Under the pieces are notes generated by a model. The model saw only the letters and a list, made by a program, of their open reading frames with translations. It ran no database searches and had not been told where the DNA came from. A stretch of DNA of 64,000 nucleotides from Heptranchias perlo. Taxonomy: Eukaryota. The DNA lies in NCBI RefSeq assembly GCF_035084215.1, contig NC_090337.1, forward strand, positions 31,620,001-31,684,000, given 5' to 3'. Of the stretch, positions 25,701 through 37,700 are shown piece after piece. Numbering within the stretch: position 1 is the first letter of the stretch; the number at the start of each line of letters is the position of its first letter. A program made the translations under genes and the position numbers.

Positions 25701-28700
25701 GCAAAGTCTCAAAGCAAAACTCAGTAACTATAAAGTTAACAGTTAGTAGCAGGGAATATGACAATTGTTGTTTTGCATCAACACACTCTTCCCTTGGAGG
25801 ATAGTGTAAAGAAATGGATTAACATTCTGACAGGCCATCACGTGAACGCTCCTTCCATGGCCATAACCATCTTTTTATCAGCCGAAAGGGTGGTTAGTCC
25901 TATTTGGTGGGTGGGTTTTATGGGCTCCCACAATTCACATGATGAGGGGGGGCCACTCACACCCACCAGACATGAGTATCCCATTGGATGTCAGTCCAGA
26001 ATTCAGAGTCAGAGCTCCGGTCTCCACTCACCAGGATTGTCTGGAGTAGGGTTTGAACCCTACGTCTTCTGACTGAGAGGTGGGAATGCACAGTCAAACC
26101 ACTAAGCCAAAGGCTCACTCCAAAGTGACAGTGATAATGGAGTATGTTCAAACTGGAAAGCTCACAAAAAAACATATTTGATTTGTATGTACTATGAGTC
26201 ATAAAATGTGTGGGAGAGTATTCAAGAGTGTAATCAAAAGACATTTGATGAAGTGCCGCACGGTGCGTTTATCATCAAGATTGCGGCCCATGAAATAAAG
26301 GGGGCAGTAGCAACATGGATACAGAATTGGCTAAGGGACAGAAAACAGAGAGTAGTGGTGAACGGTTGTTTTTCGGACTGGAGGGAGGTGTACAGTGGTG
26401 TTCCCCAGAGGTCAGTGCTGGGACCACTGCTTTTCTTGATATATATTAATGACTGGGACTTGGGTGTACAGGGCACAATTTCAAAATTTGCAGATGACTC
26501 AAAACTTGGAAGGGTAGTGAACAGTGAGGAGAATAATGATAGACTTCAAGAGGACATAGACAGGCTGGTGGCATGGGCGGACACGTGGCAGATAACCTTT
26601 CTATGATTCTATGTTATGTACTCTCAAGATTCAGATGATGATCATACACTTTGCTCTTTCAGCTTATAATCATTCAGACCCATTGAATATGTTGCAGTCT
26701 TGTGTCTCAGTCCTAGATATGTTATTCTTTATAAGTCAGCAAAATGCAAAGTGATACATTTCGGTAGGAAGAATGAGGAGAGGCAATATAAACTAGAGGG
26801 CACAACTCTAAAAGGGGTACAGGAACAGAAAGATCTGGGGGTATATGTGTACAAATCGTTGAAGGTGGCAGGGCAGGTTGAGAAAATGGTTAAAAGCATA
26901 TGGGATTCTGGGCTTTATAAATAGAGGCATAGAATACAAAAGCATGGAAGTCATGACGAACCTTTATAAAACACTGGTTCGGCCACAACTGGAGTATTGT
27001 GTCCAGTTCTGGGCACCGCACTTCAGGAAAGATGTGAAGGCCTTAGAAAGGGTGCAGAAGAGATTTACTAGAATGATTCCAGGGATGAGGGACTTTACTT
27101 ACGACTGGAGAAGCTGGGGTTGTTCTCCTTAGAACAGAGGCGGTTGTGAGGAGATTTGATAGAGATATTCAAAATCATGAAGGGTCTCGACAGAGTAGAT
27201 AGAGAGAAACTGTTCCCATTGGCAGAAGGGTCAAGGACCAGAGGACATAGATTTAAGGTGATTGGCAGAAGAACCAAAGGTGACATGAGGAAAAACTTTT
27301 TTACACAGCGAGTGGTTAGGATCTGGGAATGCACTGCCTGAAGGGGTGGTGGAGGCAGATTCAATCATGGCCTTCAAAAGGGAACTGGATAAGTACTTGA
27401 AAGGAAAAAATTTGCAGTGCTACGGGGAAAGGGGACTAGCTGGATTGCTCTTGCATAGAACTGGTGTGGACTCGATGGGCCGAATGGCCGTCTTCCTTGC
27501 TGTAACCTTTCTATGATTCTATGTAATGTACTCTCAAGATTCAGATGATGATCACACACTTCGCTCTTTCAGTTTAAAATCATTCAGACCCATTGAATAT
27601 GTTGCAGTCTTGTGACTCAATCTTAGATATGTTATTCTTTATAAAAAAAACTGTTCTGCCAGTTAGAGTTCCTTAATGTTGTCATGGTGATGTTGTATCA
27701 TTTACATTTTACTCTACATTTAAAAAATTTTGACTTTTGGCAGAGGTTGATGCGTTTTTTTTTAGCAAATCCAAGATATTTGTGTAAATCAGCTGAAAGG
27801 AGATTTTTACCCCAACTCAAACCTTTATTGTATTTCAGTGAGCTTTAATCATGCACATCCAAAGTTGGATCCACATCGACCCCCTGGTCAGCTTGTCTCT
27901 CCACCTTTGCTGCTGTCAGTTATCCTCAATGTCATTCTTAGCCTGGTTTTACATGTGTTTGGATTCATGATGGTTCAGCAACAATCTTGGTACTCACCCA
28001 CAGATATATACAGGTACAGTCTAATGTCACTTCAAACAGAGGTTAAAGAGTTTCATTACAGAAACAACTGAGTGGAACTGAATTTTCTCAGCACTTTGGT
28101 GTCAAAGTCTGTCTTTCTCTATGTTGGCAGGGACTTTTTAAAGTTTGGGTTTTCATACAGTTATTCTGTGTTATGTCTCAGGATACAGGCCTCCTCAAGG
28201 TGCCTAAGAGTGGATTTTAAAGTGGCTGTGCATGTGACTGACTGGAAAGTTCTATTGTTTAATCTTTAATTGCTAAACATCACATTGGATTACAAGAGGT
28301 TAATTTTTCCTTATAGAATATAATTTTCAGTCAACTTTTCCTACATCTTTACTATTTCAGGAGCCCTAAATGCCTTTGATATTTTTACATTTGATAAAAT
28401 AAACTATAAAACAATCCATTGCATCAGTGCATTGCATTTTGACACTGTGCTATAGTTTCATTTTGCTATAGAGGTATAATCTAAGATTGCTTTATCATTA
28501 GATGACATGATTAAGCACATTATAGTATAAAATGTCTAAATAAAATATAATTTCCAGAAAAATAAGAAAAAAAAATCAACTTTTTAATCAATTGGATATG
28601 CATGAAACTGATTTCATAGGTTAGTGAAACTTTCTGATATTTTCAGATAGATTTCTTATTTACAGTTGTGACTTAGGCTGGAATTCCCCACGTTCCCCTT

Positions 28701-31700
28701 CTATTCATAATCAATGGCAAAAAATTCTGCACTTGAATAGATCTGGATAACTCAGTGAGGGTGAAATTGGTCTTTGGCAGTAGTGCAAAGTGGGCGATAG
28801 AGAATTGGCAGTCTGTTTTATACCTCGCCCAATTTTCTTTTCCATTGAAGTCGGTCGAGCGGTCTGTTTATTGTTACTGCTGAAGACCAATCTCACCCCC
28901 TATAATTCTTAACTTGCTTTGATGCCTTCTGGTACAAAATTATTTTACTTCAGTCTCAAATAATTTTTGAAAGCTTCTCCATCAGTACTCCTTTTGGAGG
29001 GACATGTGAGCATTGTTCACTTTTCTAGTTGTTTATGTATACAGAAAAGAAAAGTCTATCAGCTGATTTCATGACAGTGCATCGGCTATCTCGTTCCCCC
29101 TCCTGGAAGAGGCAAAAAAAGAGACCTGAAGCCAATTCAGGAGTTCTTTGTTAAAAATTCCTCTCCAGCCCCACATGGGTATTCAAGAAATCTTCAGGAG
29201 GTCCCAGATCCACACATTATTTTCCAGAATAATTTACTCTTAATCTCAAAGTCTGTGTCTTTCCAGTGAGTACAAACTCAGGGCATCAAGTCTATCTTTA
29301 TAGCACAATGGTTTCAGGCCAGGAATCATTCTTGCTGCCTTCACTATGTCTTCTCCAGAATCATATTGTCCTTTCTGAGGTGGAAGGACAGGAATCCAAA
29401 TGAGGTCATACCAAAGTCTTTTATAATCATATTACTATGGTCCTGGTTTGTGTTGAATCGGCCAGGCAATACAGGCCGCAGCCTCCTCACACTGAGCTTG
29501 TTGCTTGAGGGAGCAGTCAATGATCAGTCCCAAATTTTTCTCCCTCTCATTTGTATTTAACTAACGCCCATGCCCTTATTATGAGTATCTGCGTGTACAA
29601 TTGCCCATTTGTCCACATTGAAGGACATTTGCCAGACTTGGGTCCACTTCCCCAATCTATCCATATCGACTTTCAATCCATTTTCCTCGTCTAGTGATTC
29701 TGCCACGCGATTTGGTATCATCTGAAAATGTAGTTACTGTGCTGCTTATGCCCTCCTCCACATCATTAAAGAATATATGAACAGAAGGGGACTGAACACT
29801 CGGACTCCTCATTCATTACTGGATGTCATTGGGAACAACCCATTAAAAACCTCCCTTTTTTATGGTCCCTTAGCCATTTTTAAAATAATTTTTCCATTTC
29901 ATCTCCTACACCATGAGATATAATTTTCTCACATACTGCCTCATGTGGCACTTTATCAAAAGCATTTTGGAAATAGATGATGTCTACTCAGTCTCCTTAA
30001 TTCTTCATTCTAGTTACCTCTTCAAAAAATTGGATCAGGTTTGTCAAACATGATCTCTGCTTTCTGAAGCAGTATTGGGTAGCGCATATAACTCCTGTGC
30101 CTTCTAAATGTTGATTTATACCATCTGTAATGATACTTTCCATTAATTTCTCCACCATAGAGGTTAGACTCATTGGGGGTCATTTTAACTTTAATCCAGG
30201 CAAAAAATGGGTGATAATGAATCGGCAGCCTGCTTTACATCTTGCCCGATTTTCTTTTCCCAGGAATTGACTTTAATTCCTTTTTGAATAAGGGGACCAT
30301 GTGTTCGTCTGACACTTGCCCTGCTCTTATTACACCATTGAAAATATATACCAAAGCATCAAAAGACCTCTGCCAATTCTTTGATTACCCTAAGATAAAT
30401 TAAGTCTGGTCTTGCTGCTTTATCTACCTTCCTCTAATGGTTAAAGAGACATTGAAACAGGGGAGGGCCACTTTGACATTTAATAAAAATCCCTTGTACA
30501 ATCAATAATACGATAGTAATTATAATTGTATTTAAAATTCTTTAATAATTTCTCTTTGCAGAGCTTGTAAACCTGCAAACCTAACCAATGATGATATAGC
30601 TACATACAACAAGACAGCAGACACAATTTCCATCTCCCTGGCATCAAATGATGATAACTATAAGAGTTATGAGAATACCACTGTGTATCTTCTATCTCTT
30701 TTCAACTGTATAACAACAGCAATTGTATTCTGCAAAGGAAAGCCCTATCGAAAACCAATCTATACTAACTGTAAGCAACATTATTATTTCCATTAGCTTT
30801 TATGAAATTATTTTCTATTATGATTTTCAGTTAAGTATAGATGCAAGTTTTTAATAATGATTTAAAATGATTCCTCATAGAAACTAATATTAATATATGG
30901 GTTTTCAATTAAAATCCAGATTACAGTATTTCATTGAGCCTTTCATGTGCCAATTTATCACTGAAAGTGTCAAATACAGCTCTCCTTCTGGTTTATCTCC
31001 TTATGGTGGCACAGGTGAGCCATACAGATCTGGAAACTCTCAGGTTTGATCCTAACTCTGTGCTCAGTTAGCCAATGTCAGCTGAGAAAATAATCGGATG
31101 CTACAAATTCCTGCACTTCCTTTCGGCTAAGGAGAGTAAAATTAGCTAATGTTCCCATCTCTGGTCATGATCCAGCAACCTCTGCTGGAAGTATGTGTGG
31201 AGTGATGGGATTAGGCTTGGCTGTGCTGCACTCATGGATAAGTAGTCTTCTGACACTCAAGAGTAGATTTTCTAGTCAATTAGACCTAATTAATTGAAAG
31301 GATAGCTGCAACTAAAATACATGATAATGCTGGCACTGCCATAAGAGAGAATGGTCAGCTGCACCCTCAAGTCCTCTAGCTCCCCTTTCTTCCTGGCATG
31401 CTGCAGTGCTGTCTTATAGGGAGGATTCCCTGAATTAGCAAGCAGACCACTCTCCTTGCTATCACCTGATTCTACACCACCTCCACTTTGCCAGCCAGCA
31501 AACAACAGCTGCAGTGTTGCACAACACCATCCCTTAGCTACAGACTTTCTTGCCTCCACAATCACTGCGCTAACCAGTGGGTTTTGCCAGCCATTTTTAT
31601 TACCCAAACAATCTTTGTGAAAGCTATCAACATTTTATCTCTATTTGTGGCCATTTACCATTAAATGGCTGCGTCCCATTAAATTTACCCATCAACCCTT

Positions 31701-34700
31701 GTAAAAAAATCTTTCAGGGCTGTGAAGATGCAATTTCCCAGCTCCCCTTTGTGAGGTCCCGACACCAGACCTAACTACACCATGTAAGTGATGCTGATGC
31801 CACAAAATTAAATGGGACCAGTAGACTGATCGAACAGGTGGTAAGAACTTAATGTCCAATCAGAAAATCTACCACCCTGTCTAAGCTCACACATAATAAA
31901 TGGTCATTTGGATGTGATACCAGAGAGCAACCAGTGCCTGTGAAACCTTATCCCAGCAAGAAGTCAATGCTTTGAGAGACTGGGGCAAAAAATTGGCAAA
32001 TAAAGGAAGAAATAAAAATAGGAAGTATCAAGTGCAACAAAGTTTGTAAAATTATTGATTATATGGAACTTCTAAAGTCCAATTGAGCTGTAGTTCTCTA
32101 TCTTTTCCTCCCATCTATACTGTCCAGAGATTTACAAGATTGTAGTTCAGCCAAATCTGATGATGCCACAAACTTCAGATTGCGTGGTTTATGTGGGTGG
32201 AACATTGAGAATTGAATCACATTGCTTAGTTGCCTCTATACTCCTTATTTGAACCACTTTCTTCTGAGAACAAGGACTGCTAGAGCATGCATGTGGCCAT
32301 TTCCCATTTTAATGAAATAGAAGGGCCTGTCTGTACTCCCTTTTGAGGAGCGCTGCTCACAGAAGGTGCATCATGGGGCCACAGCCTTTGATTTTCCATT
32401 CATTATTTTTAATGGATAGAATACCATGGGCTGTGTGCCCACAATTTCCCATGATGTGATCTTAGAAAGAGCTGCTCTCTGCTGGGAGTGTGGAATCGGC
32501 CCTTAAAAAAATCAGCCCGTTTATGCTGGAAGTCTGAAGTAAGATCAAAAAATGCTGGATACAAACCGCTAGTCCATCAATGTCTGAAAGAGGGGAGACT
32601 GGTTAATAATTTAGCAGCTTTTTGTTTCATTGATTGTTATAATGATAGATTCATGTGCATCCTTTTCTTTGTCTTTGATTTCAGATATTTTTGTGATTGT
32701 CCTTTTGGCTCAGGTTGGGACATGTCTGTATTTCCTTTTTGGTGAACAGGATGTTTTATACAATGCACTGGGTGTAAGTATGTAAAGTGTGAAATTCAAC
32801 TTTGGCAGGGATGCAAAACAGACGGTAGCAGATTAGCTGTCCTTTTTGCGCCCCAGCCAAAGTTGAATTTTACCCCTGTAGTTACAATAATTATCAGTAT
32901 TTTCGAGCATAAAGTTCTTCTGTGCACACAAAAATCTGTTTTGAATATTCTTAAAAATATAAAAATTGGTAGATTGTGTGTTTAATTTCAACATTGGAAG
33001 GAAATTTAATTATAGGAGTGGATCAGCCAGGACAACATAAAATCCTTATTTGAACCATCTTCTTCAGATTGCATTGAGAACAAGGACTAATGGAGCATGC
33101 ATATGGCCATTTCCCAATCGTGTGAGACATATGTCTAAATTAGACTTGTCTGTACCCTGTTGACATGCCACCCAATACATTGCAGGTTACAACAGCAACT
33201 TGCAATTAAGAAGCACCTGTAACATAGAAAAACATTCCAAGGTGCTTCACAGAGATGAAATCAAAAAATGGACAACGAACCAAAGAGGGAGATATTAGGA
33301 TGGGTGACCAAAAGCCTGGTCAAAGAGATGAGTATTAAGGAGGGTCTTATAAGAGAAGAGAATGGTGGAAAGGTGAAGAGATATAGGGAGGGAATTCGAG
33401 AGCATGGCCCCTTAGTGACTGATAGCATGGATGCCAATGCTGGGAGGTTGGGATTTACATGAGACCACAGTCAGACAACCAAAGAGTTCAGAGGGGGTAA
33501 GGTTTGTATGGCTGGATGAGGTTACAGAGATAGGGAGGGGCAAGCCCATGATGGGATTTAAATATGATGAGAATTTTAAATTTGAGGCATTGGTGGACTG
33601 GAAGCTAATGTACATTAGCGAGGACGGGGTGATGGGCAACGAGGACTTGATATGGCATGAGATACGAGCAGCAGAGTTTTGGATCAGCTGAAGTTTACAG
33701 AGGGTGAAGGAGAGAAGGCCAGCCAGGAGATCTTTGGACTGGTTCAGTCTGAAGATGACAAAGGCATTATAGAATCATAGAATGGTTACAGCATGGAAGG
33801 AGGCCATTCGGCCCATCGAGTCCATGCCGGTTCTCGGCAGGAGCTATTCCCAATCTCCAGCCCTATCCCCGTAGCCCTGCAAATTTTTTCCCTTCAAGTA
33901 CTTATCCAATTCCCTTTTGAAAGCCACGATTGAATCTGCCTCCACCACCCCCTCAGGCGGTGCATTCCAGATCACAACAACAAGCTGTGTAAAAAAAAAT
34001 TTCTCATGTTGCCTTTGGTTCTTTTGCCAATCATCTTAAATCTATGTCCTCTGGTTCTTGACCCCTTTGCCAATGGGAACAGTTTCTGTCTATCTACTCT
34101 GTCCAGACCCTTCATGATTTTGAATACCTCTATCAAATCTCCTCTCAGCCTTTTCTGCTCTAAGGACAACAACCCCAGCTCCTCCAGCCTTTTTTTATTA
34201 TTCATTCATGGGATGTGGCCAGCATTTATTGCCCATCCCGAATCGCCCTTGAGAAGGTGGTGGTGAGCCGCCTTCTTGAACTGCTGCAGTCCGTGTGGTG
34301 AAGGTTCTCCCACAGTGCTGCTAGGAAGGGAGTTCCAGGATTTTGACCCAGCGACGATGAAGGAACGGCGATGTATTTCCAAGTCGGGATGGTGTGTGAC
34401 TTGGAGGGGAACGTGCAGGTGGTGTTGTTCCCATGTGTCTGCTGCCCTTATCCTTCTAGGTGATAGAGGTCGTGGGTTTGGGAGGTGCTGTCGAAGAAGC
34501 CTTGGCGAGTTGCTGCAGTGCATCCTGTGGATGGTACACATTGCAGCCACAGTGCGCCGGTGATGAAGGGAGTGAATGTTTAGGGTGGTGGATAGGGTGC
34601 CAATCAAACGGGCTGCTTTGTCCTGGGTGGTGTCGAGCTTCTTGAGTGTTATTGGAGCTGCACTCATCCAGGCAAGTGGAGAGTATTCCATCACACTCCT

Positions 34701-37700
34701 GACTTGTGCCTTGTAGATGGAGGAAAGGCTTTGGGGAGTCAGGAGGTGAGTCACTCGTCGCAGAATACCCAGCCTCTGACCTGCTCTTGTAGCCACAGTA
34801 TTTATATGGCTGGTCCAGTTAAGTTTCTGGTCAATGGTGACCCCCAGGATGTTGATGGTGGGGGATTCGGCGATGGTAATGCCGTTGAATGTCAAGGGGA
34901 GGTGGTTAGACTCTCTCTTGTTGGAGATGGTTATTGCCTGGCACTTGTCTGGCGCGAATGTTACTTGCCACTTATCAGCCCAAGCCTGGATGTTGTCCCG
35001 GTCTTGCTGCATGCGGGCTCGGACTGCTTCATTATCTGAGGGGTTGCGAATGGAACTGAACACTGTGCAGTCATCAGCGAACATCCCCATTTCTGACCTT
35101 ATGATGGAGGGAAGGTCATTGATGAAGCAGCTGAAGATGGTTGGGCCTAGGACACTGCCCTGAGGAACTCCTGCAGCAATGTCCTGGGGCTGAGATGATT
35201 GGCCTCCAACAACCACTACCATCTTCCTTTGTGCTAGGTATAACTCCAGCCACTGGAGTTTTCCCCGATTGCGATTGACTTCAATTTTACTCGGGCTCCT
35301 TGGTGCCACACTCGGTCAAATGCTGCCTTGATGTCAAGGGCAGTCACTCTCACCTCACCTCTGGAATTCAGCTCTTTTGTCCATGTTTGGACCAAGGCTG
35401 TAATGAGGTCTGGAGCCGAGTGGTCCTGACGGAACCCAAACTGAGCATCGGTGAGCAGGTTATTGGTGAGTAAGTGCCGCTTGATAGCACTGTCGACAAC
35501 TTCCATCACTTTGCTGATGATTGAGAGTAGGCTGATGGGGCAGTAATTGGCCGGATTGGATTTGTCCTGCTTTTTGTGGACAGGACATACCTGGGCAATT
35601 TTCCACATTGTCGGTTAGATGCCAGTGTTGTAGCTGTACTGGAACAGTTTGGCTGGAGGCGCGGCTAGTTCTGGAGCACAAGACTTCAGCACTACAGCCG
35701 GGATGTTGTCAGGGCCCATAGCCTTTGCTGTATCCAGTGCACTCAGCCGTTTCTTGATATCACGTGGAATGAATTGAATTGGCTGAAGACTGGCTTCTGT
35801 GATGGTGGGGATATCGGGAGGAGGCTGAGATGGATCATCCACTCGGCACTTCTGGCTGAAGATGGTTGCAAACTCTTCAGCCTTGTCTTTTGTAGTCAAG
35901 TGCTGGACTCCGTCATCATTGAGGATGGGGATGTTTAGAGAGCCTCCTCCTCCCATTCGTTGTTTAATTGTCCACCACCATTCACGACTGGATGTGGCAG
36001 GACTGCAGAGCTTTGATCTGATCCATTGGTTGTGGAATTGCTTAGCTCTATCTATAGCATGTTGCTTCCACTGTTTAGCATGCATGTAGTCCTGAATTGT
36101 AGCTTCACCAGGTTTTAAGGTACACCTGGTGCTGCTCCTGGCATGCTCTTCTACACTCCTCATTGAACCAGGGTTGATCCCCTGGCTTGTTGGTAATGGT
36201 AGAGTGAGGAATATGCCGGGCCATGAGGTTACAGATTGTGCTGGAATACAATTCTGCTGCTGCTGATGGCCCACAGTGCCTCATGGATGGCCAGTTTTGA
36301 GCTGCCAGATCTGTTCCGAATCTGTCCCACTTGGCACGGTGATCGTGCCACATAACACGTTGGATGGTGTCCTCAGTGCGAAGACGGGACTTCGTCTCCA
36401 CGAGGACTGTGCGATGGTCACTCCTACCCATACTGTCATGGGCAGATGCATTTGCAACAGGTAGATTCTATCCACGTAACTGAAGTCCCTCATCACTGGA
36501 ATCATTCTAGTTAATCTCTTCTGCGCCCTCTCTAAGGCCTTCACATCCTTCCTAAAGTGAAGTGCCCAGAACTGGACACAATACTCCAGTTGTGGCGGAA
36601 CTAGTGTTTTATAACGGTTCATCATAACCTCCTTGCTTTTGTACTCTGTGCATCTATTTTTAAAGTCCAGGATCCCATATGCTTTCTTAACCGCTTTCTC
36701 AACCTGCCTTGCCACCTTTTATGATTTGTGCACATATACCCCCAGATGTCTCTGTTCCTGCACCCCTTTTAGAATTGTACCCTTTAGTTTATATTGCCTC
36801 TCCTCGTTCTTCCTACCGAAATGCATCACTTCACACTTTTTTGTGTTGAATTTCATCTGCCACGTGTCCGCCCATTCCTCCAGCTTGTCTATGTCGTCTT
36901 GAAGTCTATCACTTTCCTTTTGAAAGTCCACATATACCACATCAACCGCATTGCCCTCATCAACCCTCTCTGTTACCTCATCAAAAAACTCAATCAAGTT
37001 GGTTAAACACAATTTGCCTTTACACAATTTGCCTGTGCTGGCTTTCCTTTATTAATCCACACTTGTCCAAGTGACTGTTAATTTTGTCCCAGATTATCGT
37101 TTCCAAAAGTTTCTCCACTAATGAGGTTAAACTGACTGGCCTGTTGTTGCCGGGTTTATCCTTACACCATCTTTTGAACAAGGGTGTAACATTTGCAATT
37201 CTCCAGTCCTCTGGCACCGCCCCCCCGTATCTAAGGATGTTTGGAAGATTATGGCCAGTACATTCGCAATTTCCACCCTTACTTCCCTCAGCAATCTGGG
37301 ATGCATCTCATCCGGACCGGGTGACTTATTAACTTTAAGTACAGCTAGCCTTTCTAGTACCTCCTCTTTATCAATTTTTAGCCCATCCAGTATCTCAACA
37401 GCCTCTTTATTAACTGTGATTTTGGCAGCATCTTCTTCCTTGGTAAGGACAGATGCAAAGTACTCATTTAGTACCTCAGCCATGCCCTCTGCCTCCATGC
37501 GTAGATCTCCTTTTTGGTCCCTAATCGGTCCCACCCCTCCTCTTATTACCTGTTTACTGTTTACATGCCTATAGAAGACTTTTGGATTCCCTTTTATGTT
37601 AGCCGCCAATGTATTCTCATATTCTCTCTTTGCCCCTCTTATTTCCTTTCTTGCCTCCCCCCTGAACTTTCTGTATTCAGCCAGGTTCTCACTTGCACTA

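Noticed and set aside
25990-26120. Genuine tRNA gene
   Set aside because: A and B boxes are present but I could not fold a cloverleaf, and it runs into a ~300-bp body as a SINE would.
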